A stretch of DNA of 32,139 bases from Bacillota bacterium (GTDB lineage Bacteria; Bacillota; Clostridia; Christensenellales; SZUA-584), in contig JAEZNC010000106.1 of assembly GCA_023441905.1 (NCBI GenBank), positions 1 through 32,139 on the forward strand, read 5' to 3'. A program made the position numbers and the translations under genes. The notes under the pieces are model-generated. The model was not told the DNA's origin, ran no database searches, and saw only the letters and a list, made by a program, of their open reading frames with translations. Of this stretch, positions 16,368 through 25,239 are shown piece by piece. The first letter of the stretch is position 1. Each line of letters begins with the position of its first letter.

Positions 16368-17150
16368 ATGAAGCTACTCAAAAACCGATTCGTCATTGGA
16401 GCCTTGTGCATCATCGCGGCGCTGCTGTTGAGCTTCCTTGCTTTACCGGCGTTACAGGGCGGCAACCAAAACGCGTATGTCAACGCCGTTCGCATGAAGC
16501 AGCCCGTACAGGCCGGAACCCAGCTCACCGCTGAAATGCTGGAAACGGTAAGCGTGCCGGAAAAGCTCGTGGAAGGCGGCGTCCGGGATATCCCATCGGC
16601 TGCCGGCAAGTACGCGGCCAATGACCTTTATGCCGGGGATTATCTGACTGCCGCCAAGCTCTCGGCCACGCTCGCAGAGCAGGATTCTTTTTCGGCTGGT
16701 ACACCAAAGGGAAAGATGGTGGTGTCGATCACGCTGCCGTCTTTGGCCTCCGGCGTTTCCGGCAGGTTGAAACCCGGCGACATCGTGACGGTCATGGCGC
16801 TGCCCAAAGGCTCGGTCAACCAATCGCTGGGTGTGGAGCCTGAAACGGACGGCGATGATCTGTCCGGCGCTGTCATCTATCCCGAATTGCAGTATATCGA
16901 GGTATGCATGGTGACGGCAAGCGATGGATCGGATGCCAGCGTCGCGGCCCGGCCTGACAAGGATGCAAAGAACAGCCTGCCCATGACAATATCCTTCTAC
17001 GCCACCGAGGAACAGGCTTTGAGATTGGCGGAGATTGAAAACCAGAGCATCATCCACCTTGCCTTTGTCGCCCGTGGAGAGGCAGCCTCGGAATTCCTGT
17101 CCGAAAGAGTGCTGTCCGAAGGTGTGACTGTGGGAACGGAGGTGGAATAA
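16368..17150 (+). CDS. cpaB: Flp pilus assembly protein CpaB/RcpC-like (SAF domain)
   Basis: ATG after TAGGAGGT. It has an N-terminal TM anchor (FVIGALCIIAALLLSFLAL) followed by a SAF-like segment (VRMKQPVQAGTQLTAEML). It is the first gene of the Tad operon. Confidence 0.75.
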   Translation: MKLLKNRFVIGALCIIAALLLSFLALPALQGGNQNAYVNAVRMKQPVQAGTQLTAEMLETVSVPEKLVEGGVRDIPSAAGKYAANDLYAGDYLTAAKLSATLAEQDSFSAGTPKGKMVVSITLPSLASGVSGRLKPGDIVTVMALPKGSVNQSLGVEPETDGDDLSGAVIYPELQYIEVCMVTASDGSDASVAARPDKDAKNSLPMTISFYATEEQALRLAEIENQSIIHLAFVARGEAASEFLSERVLSEGVTVGTEVE

Positions 17151-17151
17151 C

Positions 17152-17883
17152 ATGATCATCGCAATCTGGGGCCGTGATGGGATCGGCAAGAGTGCGCTCT
17201 GCGACACATTGGGCGCTCTGCTTGCAAAGCAAGGCGTTACGGCAATCCTTGATACCGACCTTACGCAGCCTACGCTGCCTGCTCGTTTGGGCGGCAAGAA
17301 GCTCGACGCGGATGCGTCGCTTGGCAAGGCCATAGGCATGAGCGCAATGGACGCAGCGCCATATCTGCACCAGCATCCGAAGCTCAAGAACCTGTTTTAT
17401 GCCGGACTGACCGACCGTGATGAATACCTCTCGTATGAGTTCGGCCTGGAGGTTGATGAGGCTGCGCAGATTTTTGTGGAACGGTGCGAAGAATTGGCCG
17501 ATACGGTCATCATTGATCTGTCAGGGCAACGCTGCGACCCTTTTCTGCCCGGTGCGCTCATCTATGCGGATAAAATAATAACCCTGTTCACGCCCGACGT
17601 TCAAGGCGTCTGTTGGTTCAACGGCATAAAGCATCTCTTAACCACCATGAACGCGCAGGGGCGCGTGCTGCCGGTTGCGGCAATGGCAGACCAACAGCAG
17701 CTTTCCGCCATCGAGAAGGCAATGGACGCGCGGTTCACCGCGGTGCTGCCCTATGTCCGGGAATTCAGGCAAATCCACGACACAGGTGCTTTCCCCACGG
17801 AAGGCGCGACGCCCGGCGCTGTGCGGTATCTGCGGGAGGCAAAAAAACTTTGCGGGCTGTTAAAGGGGGTTGATGAACAATGA
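17152..17883 (+). CDS. TadZ/CpaE-like ParA/MinD-superfamily ATPase with atypical Walker A
   Basis: 243-aa ORF starting 2 nt after the cpaB stop. The P-loop is IWGRDGIGKS, where the signature Lys of KGGxGK[ST] is not conserved. It occupies the position between cpaB and the secretion ATPase, as TadZ does. Confidence 0.6.
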   Translation: MIIAIWGRDGIGKSALCDTLGALLAKQGVTAILDTDLTQPTLPARLGGKKLDADASLGKAIGMSAMDAAPYLHQHPKLKNLFYAGLTDRDEYLSYEFGLEVDEAAQIFVERCEELADTVIIDLSGQRCDPFLPGALIYADKIITLFTPDVQGVCWFNGIKHLLTTMNAQGRVLPVAAMADQQQLSAIEKAMDARFTAVLPYVREFRQIHDTGAFPTEGATPGAVRYLREAKKLCGLLKGVDEQ

Positions 17884-19211
17884 GCCGAACATTCCGGGAA
17901 CTGGCTTACGAAAGGCAAAACACCGCTCCGCAGATCAAAGACGCATATGAAGCCATGTTGGAGCAGGTTCGCGTATCCATCTCTCAGAACCACGCGGAAA
18001 CACTCGCACAAAGCATTACGGAAAAGGACGCCTCGGATTCAGTAAGACGGCTCATCGGTGAGTACATCACCGAACACCATCTGCATATAGACGGCCTTTC
18101 CATGCACCAATTATCCGACAGGTTGTACGGCGATATGGCTGGCCTCGGATTCCTCGACCGGTACATTTCCGATCCCGACATCGAGGAAATCAACGGCAAC
18201 TCCTGGCGTGATATCGAAATAGTCACTCGCACTGGTTGGCGGAAGATACCCGAACGCTTCCTCTCGCCCAGGCACGCCGAGGACACCCTGCGCAAGATGG
18301 TACGGCTTGGCGGCCTGATATTGGACGCGACCAACCCGATTGTGGACAGCTACATCACGGAAGGCATCCGTGTGTCGGCTATGATCCCGCCCGTCGCTGA
18401 CAGGCGCAGCGGTGTGGTGTTCAGCCTGCGCCGCCAGCGCATGGCGCGGATCACGAAGGAACAGCTTGTCGAGTGGCACACAGCTACACCGGAAATGCTG
18501 GACTTCTTAGTATTGTGCATCAACCACGGCGTTTCAGTCGGGTTCGCGGGTAAAACGGGCAGCGGTAAAACGACGGACATCGCTTTCCTGCTGAACGCGG
18601 TAGATCGAAATAAGCGCATCTATACTATCGAGGAAACACGGGAGCTGGATTTGTTCAACGAGGATGGCGACGGGAAAGTGCAAAACCGCATTATCCACAC
18701 CTGCACGCGCCCGTCCGAGATGGAAAACGCCAATATCGATATGCATGACCTGCTGCGTAAGGCCATGCGCTATTCCCCGGACATCATCGCCGTCGCGGAA
18801 ATGCGCGGCGCGGAGGCAATGACCGCCCAGGAAGCAGCGCGCACAGGGCATACGGTCGTCACCAGTTTGCACGCATCGTCCGCCCGCAAAGCATACGGGC
18901 GCATGTTGAGCATGTGCCAGATGTCCAATACGCGCATCGCATCGGATATTCTGCTGGACTTCATCGTCGAAGCCTACCCGATCATGGTACACAAAAAGCA
19001 GCTCCCGGACGGCACGCGCCGCATCATGGAGATTGCCGAGGCTGTTGGAATACAAAACGGGACAGTGCAGACCAATACGCTCTATCGGTTCGACGGCGAA
19101 ACGGGCAAATATATCCGGGCGCACGGCATATCAGACGCGCTTGCGGATATTCTGCGCGAGAATAGCGCGGACAAAGCGGCGATTGCCCGCTTCAGGGAGG
19201 TGAAAACATGA
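17880..19211 (+). CDS. tadA: Tad/CpaF-type secretion ATPase (TadA)
   Basis: 443-aa ORF with an ATGA overlap to the upstream gene. Walker A (GKTGSGKTT), Walker B region (PDIIAVAEMRG) and His box (TGHTVVTSLHA) match the VirB11/CpaF family. Confidence 0.9.
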   Translation: MSRTFRELAYERQNTAPQIKDAYEAMLEQVRVSISQNHAETLAQSITEKDASDSVRRLIGEYITEHHLHIDGLSMHQLSDRLYGDMAGLGFLDRYISDPDIEEINGNSWRDIEIVTRTGWRKIPERFLSPRHAEDTLRKMVRLGGLILDATNPIVDSYITEGIRVSAMIPPVADRRSGVVFSLRRQRMARITKEQLVEWHTATPEMLDFLVLCINHGVSVGFAGKTGSGKTTDIAFLLNAVDRNKRIYTIEETRELDLFNEDGDGKVQNRIIHTCTRPSEMENANIDMHDLLRKAMRYSPDIIAVAEMRGAEAMTAQEAARTGHTVVTSLHASSARKAYGRMLSMCQMSNTRIASDILLDFIVEAYPIMVHKKQLPDGTRRIMEIAEAVGIQNGTVQTNTLYRFDGETGKYIRAHGISDALADILRENSADKAAIARFREVKT

Positions 19212-20134
19212 CCGTACAGATACTATGTGCCCTGCTTATCATAGCGGGGCTGTTCCTGCTGTTCAGAATCCGCCCCTCGGATATGACGGGCAGGCTTTCA
19301 AAGCCATTCGCACAGTACAGAGAAAGAAAACAGCGTATACGCAGGATTACCGGAAAACCGAAAGGAAAGATGGCGGCGACGGTGGACAGCGCGAAGGAAA
19401 TGCTTACGGCGGCGGGCATGGGCGAACAGGTCGATGCCTACAAGTGGGCGGCTGTCATACTGGCGGTTCTCGGTATGCTGTTCGGACTATCGTTGAACAA
19501 TTTTCTTGCGGCGCTGGTGCTGGCGGCAGGGCTTGGTTGCGCGCCGCTGATCGTGATCCGCATCCGCACCGGCGACTATGTTCGGAATTTGAACGAGAAG
19601 CTGGAAAACGCAATGGGCGCGGTCACGAACGGCTATATCGCGTCGGGCGATATCATCGGCGCTGTGGAAAACAGTCTGCGCCTGTTGCCGTCTCCGCTGG
19701 ACGGCGTATTCCGCCATTTTTTCAATGAAACGCAGTTGATCGACTCCGACATCGTGAAAGCCCTGCGCCGGATGCGCGAACGGATCAACAACCGGTACTG
19801 GCGGGATTGGTGCGACGTGCTGGTGCAATGCCAGCGCGATAAGCAGTTGCGGTATGCCTTACCCGGCATTGTGAGCAGACTTGGCGAAATGCGGCGTATC
19901 CAGATGGAAACCGACACGACGATCCGCAAGCAGATTGGCGATTATATCATCACGGTTATGCTTGTTTTGGGTGCTATTCCGATGATGGGCGCTATGATGC
20001 CCGATTGGTACATTATGCTTACCACATCGGTGGCAGGCAAAATTACGCTGGCCGTTGTGCTGGCCGCCGTTCTTGCAACCGCCGTATGGGTGGCGCGCCT
20101 ATATCGCCCGGTGGAAGGCGGTGAACAGCAATGA
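19208..20134 (+). CDS. tadB: TadB-like type II secretion system F-family membrane protein
   Basis: 308-aa polytopic membrane protein with ATGA coupling to tadA. Its position and topology are typical of TadB. Confidence 0.7.
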   Translation: MTVQILCALLIIAGLFLLFRIRPSDMTGRLSKPFAQYRERKQRIRRITGKPKGKMAATVDSAKEMLTAAGMGEQVDAYKWAAVILAVLGMLFGLSLNNFLAALVLAAGLGCAPLIVIRIRTGDYVRNLNEKLENAMGAVTNGYIASGDIIGAVENSLRLLPSPLDGVFRHFFNETQLIDSDIVKALRRMRERINNRYWRDWCDVLVQCQRDKQLRYALPGIVSRLGEMRRIQMETDTTIRKQIGDYIITVMLVLGAIPMMGAMMPDWYIMLTTSVAGKITLAVVLAAVLATAVWVARLYRPVEGGEQQ

Positions 20135-21009
20135 CGTTGATCCTTTACTCCATATCTGGTTTCCTGTTCGCCATCGGCCTATACCGCGTCGCACAGGCGG
20201 CACTTAGCCTGCCCAACGGCAAGGCTACGAAGGCGGTGCGCAACATCCACGGCAGGCGTGAGCTGACGCAGCGGTTTCAGGACGCGCTGTTGCCGTTGGC
20301 AAGGGTAATTTCCAAAATATTTCCGATGAGCGAATACAAAAAAAGGCGCTTGGAGGCCGACTTTTCGAGGCTGCATATTTTACAGGCGGCGGAGGATTAT
20401 GTTTCACAGGCGAAAACGCGCTCATTGCTGCTGACGCTCATCGGCCTGATCTTCATCCCGTTCGGTATTCCGTGGTTAGCTTTGATTACCGCCGTCATCG
20501 CCGTTCTTGCCTATTTCCAGAGTATGCAGAGCATCCGCAAGCGCGTGGAAGTGCAGAACCGCGAGATCGAAGCGGAGATGCCCCGGCTGACGGAAACGCT
20601 TTTATACACGCTACGGGAAAACCGCGACCTGCTCACTTTCTTTGAAAGGTACAGGAAAGTGGCGGGCAAGGCGCTGGGTGCGGAGCTTGACCGGCTGATA
20701 ACCGACATGAAAACGGGCAATCAAGAAGCGGCGCTTCGAAGGATGGACGCGCGGCTGGGTCTTCCGTCGTTTGCGGCGCTCTGTGCGGTGCTGTGCGGCG
20801 TATACCAAGGCGTAGACCAACATTTAAGTCTACTTGTTTTAGAGCAGGACATGAGGGCAAAAGAGCGTGAAATGCTCCGAAGGCTTATGGAAAAGCGCCC
20901 CGGCAGGATCAAAGCGGCCTCGTTCATCCTGACGATACTCCTGATATTCCTCTTTATGATTCCCCTCGTACTGCTGATCATCAATAACCTACAGGCCGTG
21001 GGCTTCTAA
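20131..21009 (+). CDS. tadC: TadC-like type II secretion system F-family membrane protein
   Basis: 292-aa polytopic membrane protein with ATGA coupling to tadB. It is the second T2SS-F paralogue, as in Tad loci. Confidence 0.7.
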   Translation: MTLILYSISGFLFAIGLYRVAQAALSLPNGKATKAVRNIHGRRELTQRFQDALLPLARVISKIFPMSEYKKRRLEADFSRLHILQAAEDYVSQAKTRSLLLTLIGLIFIPFGIPWLALITAVIAVLAYFQSMQSIRKRVEVQNREIEAEMPRLTETLLYTLRENRDLLTFFERYRKVAGKALGAELDRLITDMKTGNQEAALRRMDARLGLPSFAALCAVLCGVYQGVDQHLSLLVLEQDMRAKEREMLRRLMEKRPGRIKAASFILTILLIFLFMIPLVLLIINNLQAVGF

Positions 21010-21027
21010 ACCATTCATCCGCTTTTA

Positions 21028-21062
21028 CAGGCAGCGCCGAAAGGAGGGCTGCTGTTTTTTTG
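21028..21062 (+). terminator. Terminator-like hairpin after tadC
   Basis: GC-rich imperfect stem (GCAGC...GCTGC core) followed by a run of eight T. Confidence 0.5.
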
Positions 21063-21089
21063 CTGCCCAAAGGGAGCGGATTTTATATA
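21060..21089 (+). promoter_or_regulatory. Possible sigma-A promoter of the pilin gene
   Basis: TTGCTG, an 18-nt spacer, then TATATA. It lies about 55 nt upstream of the pilin ATG and directly after the tadC terminator. Confidence 0.35.
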
Positions 21090-21142
21090 CATCAAACCCC
21101 CAACCATCATCAAAACAAAATAAAGAAAGGAAGATTATCACT

Positions 21143-21346
21143 ATGTTGAAAATCAAGAACTCCATCAAGCGTTTCGTTTCCGAGAAGAAGGCCGAGGGCT
21201 TTTTGGATGTCGCAATGAAAATTCTGATCGTCGTCGTTATCGGCGCGGCAGTGTTGCTCATCCTCAACGCTGCTATGCCCACCCTGTTCCAAGACCTGAT
21301 CGACAAAATTTCCGGCGAACTCACCGGCGTGAACGTGCTGCCGTAA
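21143..21346 (+). CDS. flp: Flp-type (type IVc) prepilin, probable major pilin
   Basis: 67-aa ORF after AAAGGAAG. It has a basic leader ending KKAEG, then FLDVAMKILIVVVIGAAVLLIL, which is class III signal peptide architecture. The size is typical of Flp pilins. Confidence 0.7.
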   Translation: MLKIKNSIKRFVSEKKAEGFLDVAMKILIVVVIGAAVLLILNAAMPTLFQDLIDKISGELTGVNVLP

Positions 21347-21371
21347 ACGGCAACAAATACAGGAATGGCGT

Positions 21372-21396
21372 GGGGCTGCCGCGAGGCAGCCCCTTT
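21372..21396 (+). other. Perfect 9-bp GC-rich hairpin with GCGA tetraloop 3' of the pilin gene
   Basis: GGGGCTGCC-GCGA-GGCAGCCCC followed by TTT only. It lies between the pilin stop (21346) and the next SD, and could be a partial terminator or an mRNA 3'-end stabiliser. Confidence 0.55.
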
Positions 21397-21414
21397 CCAT
21401 TGAAAGGAGCCGAT

Positions 21415-21840
21415 ATGAAAAAGAGATTGATACGCGACCAGACCGCAGAAGGGTACATCGACGTGGCCGTCACCATTCTGATCATCTTTACCCTCATGGC
21501 GTCGTTGCTGGCGCTTTACCCCATATTTACGGCACAACAGTCCCTGAACCAGACAGCGCGGCATATGGCAAGAACCATAGAACTGTACGGCAAAGCGGAT
21601 GAAGAAACGCTCCAATCAGTGACTGAGGATGGGAGCTTTCTTGCGCCTGACAGCATTGAGGTCGAAACAGAATGGCATAACGCGGCTGAAAAGACGATCC
21701 AGCTCAAGACGGCATTCACCGTCGTCATGACAAAGACCGTCCCCATCGTGATACTGCGGCCTGTGTTGGGAACCCCTGTCGTCATCAACGTACAGATTTC
21801 CGCAGCCGCAAGGGGCGTGTCGGAGGTGTATTGGAAATGA
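21415..21840 (+). CDS. TadE-like pseudopilin
   Basis: ATG 21415 after AAAGGAG. The leader is MKKRLIRDQTAEG, followed by YIDVAVTILIIFTLMASLLAL. The Gly-junction motif is the same as in the pilin: AEG|(F/Y)(L/I)DVA. Confidence 0.6.
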   Translation: MKKRLIRDQTAEGYIDVAVTILIIFTLMASLLALYPIFTAQQSLNQTARHMARTIELYGKADEETLQSVTEDGSFLAPDSIEVETEWHNAAEKTIQLKTAFTVVMTKTVPIVILRPVLGTPVVINVQISAAARGVSEVYWK

Positions 21841-22301
21841 TACGCTTTTTGAAGGACAGCACCGGCAGCGCGCTTATCTGGGCGGTATTCCTTACCCTCA
21901 TTCTTTTCACGGTTTCCGTAGTGGTTTATTCGGGCGTGATGATATATACGAAATACCAAACCTGTGAAACCGAAGTGCAGCGAGCGGCGACCATAACCAC
22001 GAACATGAGCATGGCCAACGCCAATGTGCGCGATCTTGAATTAGATGTTCCAGCTATACCGGCTGAGGATTATTTTTATGAAAACTTGACTGAAACGGGC
22101 TGGACGATGGCGGATGGATGCTGGCGCAGGTACGAGAACGGCAAGCTCATTTACAGCCTTGAGGACATGACAGTGGACATTGTTGGTAAAACCATACGGA
22201 TTACCGCGACATTCGCCATGCCCCTGCCCTGGGGCATCGGCGGTATTGGCGAAGTACATATCTCATTAAACGTGCGGTCATCGGTACTGTATATCGAATG
22301 A
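21837..22301 (+). CDS. Pseudopilin-like protein (TadF/TadG position)
   Basis: ATG 21837 overlaps the previous stop (ATGA). The N-terminus is MIRFLKDSTG, followed by SALIWAVFLTLILFTVSVVVY. Confidence 0.5.
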   Translation: MIRFLKDSTGSALIWAVFLTLILFTVSVVVYSGVMIYTKYQTCETEVQRAATITTNMSMANANVRDLELDVPAIPAEDYFYENLTETGWTMADGCWRRYENGKLIYSLEDMTVDIVGKTIRITATFAMPLPWGIGGIGEVHISLNVRSSVLYIE

Positions 22302-22314
22302 AAGGAGGCTCTAT

Positions 22315-25233
22315 ATGAAAAAGAAGAAAAAGATTGTAGTCATTCTGGCCGCGATCTTGGTTGTGCTTACGTCGCTTGTGCTGTTTTCTTCTACGGCGCT
22401 GGCCGCCGTTAATATCTCATCAAGAAATGTGACCAATATGTTCGATTACAACGGGGGCAGCGGATGGGCGGATTTGAAAACCCCTGAGCATTATGTTGTA
22501 GGCAGCTCCCCCGAACAGGTTGCCTATTGCCTCCAACATAAGAACGACAGCCCTTCCGGTTCCTCGTATAACGAAACAGATATTTTAGACAGCTATTCAG
22601 CGCGCGTTCGGACGGGATTGAGGATCATTTTTGAAAACGGCTACCCCTACGCAACAGGCGGCCTGACGGCGACGGAAGCACGGTACGCAACCGCCAATGC
22701 CGTGCGCTTCTGGCTGTCTGAAAATGGCGACAGCGGACAATACAACTTCACCAATCTTGGTTCGTATACCGACGCGCAGCTTCGCACCGCAGCCGCCAGC
22801 GGGCAGATCGGCAGCAAGATCAGAGCCAATTCAGGATATACCGATGTGCTGCAATTCTCCGTTGAATTGCTTATTAAAGCTCGGGCGCAAGCCCTGATGA
22901 CGCACGACATTGGACTGTCCACCCCTTCTATGTATATCAGCGGCAGCTACTTCGTCGGCACTGCCAGCGTGTCGCTCACCAACATGAACGGTGGATATTC
23001 GCTGGATACCACCGCGCTGCCATCCGGCTCCAGCGTGGCCGGTTACACGGGACAATCCGGGGATGTATTGACGGTGAGGATTCCCTTAAACGAAGCAAAC
23101 GCCAACCGAACCTTTTCCATATCGGCAACGGGCAGGGACAATAGGACGCGAAGTAATATGTTTGCCTACGCGCCTTCCAGCAGTAGCCTTCAACGCGTTA
23201 TCGTAGCTAAAAACGCGATATACAATGAAGCAAAGACCGTCTCGGTGTCCTTTGGAACGCCGCAAATCTACGCCGATCTTGTGGTCACGGCTTTTTATTC
23301 CGACGCTTCCGCATATAAGGCGGGTGACGCGATTACAATCACCGCTACTATCGCCAATCAGGGCCTTCGCTCTGCGGGCGGGTTTTATGTAGCATTAGGC
23401 TCACCTGACCTTTCGACACAGAGCAAATATGTTTCCTCACTGGCAGTAGGCGGCTCCACCAACGTCACCTTCAGCTATACCGCAGGCCAATACGCATCGG
23501 ATAAAACCATCAATATCACGGCAACCGCGGATTCTACCGGTGCTGTGGCCGAAAGCAACGAAAGCAACAACACTCGTTCGGCATCCTTCAAGGTGCTGGC
23601 ATATGTCCCTCCGCTGCCCGACCTTACAGTAACTTCCCTGACCAGCAACAAGGCCGAATACAAGGCGGACGAAACCATAACGATCACCGCCGCAATCCAA
23701 AACCAGGGAGTCGGCGCGGCAGGCGGTTTTTATGTGGCATTGGCATCCTCCGATCTTTCGACACAGAGCAAATATGTTTCCTCACTGGCAGTAGGCGGCT
23801 CCACCAACGTCACCTTTAGTTATACCGCAGGCCAGTACGCATCGGATAAAACCATCAATATCACGGCCACCGCGGATTCTACCGGCGCTGTGGCTGAAAG
23901 CAACGAAAGCAACAACACTCGTTCAGCATCCTTCAAGGTGCTGGCATATGTCCCTCCGCTGCCCGATCTGACTATTACCTCGCTTGCCGGAGACAAGACG
24001 CTTTATGAAGCCGGAGAAACGATAGTAATAACGGCTTCGGTTAAAAACATTGGTGAAAGTGCTTCGCCCGCAACAACGGTTCGGCTTACCGTCCCGGCCA
24101 TTGGAACATTCTCAGCAAATGTAGCGACGCTGAACGCGGGAGCAAGCCAGGCAGTGACGTTCTCCTTCACAGCGCCTACATCACTCAGCCCACAAACCGT
24201 TTCCATGACTGCATTCGCAGACCCCAACAATCTAATTGCAGAGAGCAATGAAAACAACAATACTCGCTCCGCGACAGTGTCCGTCAACGCATTGCGGCCG
24301 GATATTGAAATCGTGGATTCGACCATCATGGATTGGTATGCCGGTAAGGATGTTACAGTTTCGGCTACTGTCCGAAACCGAACTGACCAGCCTGTTCCTT
24401 CCGTAAGTATCCGGCTGACGATTGGCGGCGCGTCCTATACGGAACAAATCCCGGTTCCCGGAAGCGGAGACAACCTTGTGGTATTCAGAATCACCGTTCC
24501 GATTGCGAGAAACTACGCCGTCAAGCTCATCGCAGACCCGGACGGCGTGCTGAACGAAACGGACGAAGGAAATAACTCTTTGAGCAAAAACATTCAGGTT
24601 CTGACCATACCGGCTTGCATTGCGGCAGACCCCGATAACAGCGCGATGGAACAACGCCATAAAGTGTATGGGCTGACCAGCCTTCCCACGCTCACCTCAT
24701 CCGCCTACCACACATGGCAGGAGGTGCGTCTTGAGGATGGTAATTACATCACAAAAAACTTTTATGCGAGACTATCTACCACGTTTTCTATTTTACCGGA
24801 CAGCCGTATCGCCTATGCCGATAAGCCGCGCCAGATGGAATCAGGCTTCGGATTCAGCGTTCAATGCACGACCACCTTAGCCACCAACTATGACAGACCC
24901 GGCAAACTCGTTGGGGCGCAGATGGTTTGGATGCGCTGTCCCGAAAGTGCCTACGGCCAGCTATCGGAATGGCAAACCGTGCGGGATGCTCTGGAAGTCA
25001 AAACGGGCGCAGCCGGTGGTACGACAGCCACATGGCAGCTTGCCGTCAATCCTTGGTCAACAACAGGAAGTCGGCTGCATTACACTCCGCTTTGGTTCCC
25101 GGATGGCAACTATACGGTATGGGCGCAGGCGTTTTACGCATGGTCGCCTGTCGGCCAGCTCTACGAGCATAAAACCGACGCGCTGACCATATCGGGCGAT
25201 ATGTACGACCGGATCACGACAATAAGGCGGTGA
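22315..25233 (+). CDS. Large secreted surface protein with four CARDB repeats (candidate pilus-associated adhesin)
   Basis: 972-aa ORF after AAAGGAGG. It has a Sec-type signal peptide (MKKKKKIVVILAAILVVLTSLVLFSSTALA|A). Four CARDB-like units, each starting PD(L/I).(V/I) and ending ESNE.NN(T/S), span about 23272-24603. The N-terminal 300 aa contains a VAYCLQH motif. The C-terminal 210 aa was not recognised. There is no LPXTG motif and no C-terminal TM segment. Confidence 0.75.
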   Translation: MKKKKKIVVILAAILVVLTSLVLFSSTALAAVNISSRNVTNMFDYNGGSGWADLKTPEHYVVGSSPEQVAYCLQHKNDSPSGSSYNETDILDSYSARVRTGLRIIFENGYPYATGGLTATEARYATANAVRFWLSENGDSGQYNFTNLGSYTDAQLRTAAASGQIGSKIRANSGYTDVLQFSVELLIKARAQALMTHDIGLSTPSMYISGSYFVGTASVSLTNMNGGYSLDTTALPSGSSVAGYTGQSGDVLTVRIPLNEANANRTFSISATGRDNRTRSNMFAYAPSSSSLQRVIVAKNAIYNEAKTVSVSFGTPQIYADLVVTAFYSDASAYKAGDAITITATIANQGLRSAGGFYVALGSPDLSTQSKYVSSLAVGGSTNVTFSYTAGQYASDKTINITATADSTGAVAESNESNNTRSASFKVLAYVPPLPDLTVTSLTSNKAEYKADETITITAAIQNQGVGAAGGFYVALASSDLSTQSKYVSSLAVGGSTNVTFSYTAGQYASDKTINITATADSTGAVAESNESNNTRSASFKVLAYVPPLPDLTITSLAGDKTLYEAGETIVITASVKNIGESASPATTVRLTVPAIGTFSANVATLNAGASQAVTFSFTAPTSLSPQTVSMTAFADPNNLIAESNENNNTRSATVSVNALRPDIEIVDSTIMDWYAGKDVTVSATVRNRTDQPVPSVSIRLTIGGASYTEQIPVPGSGDNLVVFRITVPIARNYAVKLIADPDGVLNETDEGNNSLSKNIQVLTIPACIAADPDNSAMEQRHKVYGLTSLPTLTSSAYHTWQEVRLEDGNYITKNFYARLSTTFSILPDSRIAYADKPRQMESGFGFSVQCTTTLATNYDRPGKLVGAQMVWMRCPESAYGQLSEWQTVRDALEVKTGAAGGTTATWQLAVNPWSTTGSRLHYTPLWFPDGNYTVWAQAFYAWSPVGQLYEHKTDALTISGDMYDRITTIRR
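23376..23972 (+). repeat. Near-identical tandem duplication inside the CARDB gene (345-nt period)
   Basis: Blocks at about 23376-23627 and 23721-23972. From TTTCGACACAGAGC onward I count 8 differences in about 215 nt, and all 8 are synonymous third-position changes. Confidence 0.85.
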
Positions 25234-25239
25234 AGATAA

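Noticed and set aside
23376-23972. The possibility that the near-identical repeats are a CRISPR array or a diversity-generating retroelement TR/VR pair.
   Set aside because: The repeats are in-frame protein-domain repeats with a 345-nt period, so they are not short repeat-spacer units. No reverse transcriptase is nearby. The 8 differences are not adenine-specific and are all synonymous.
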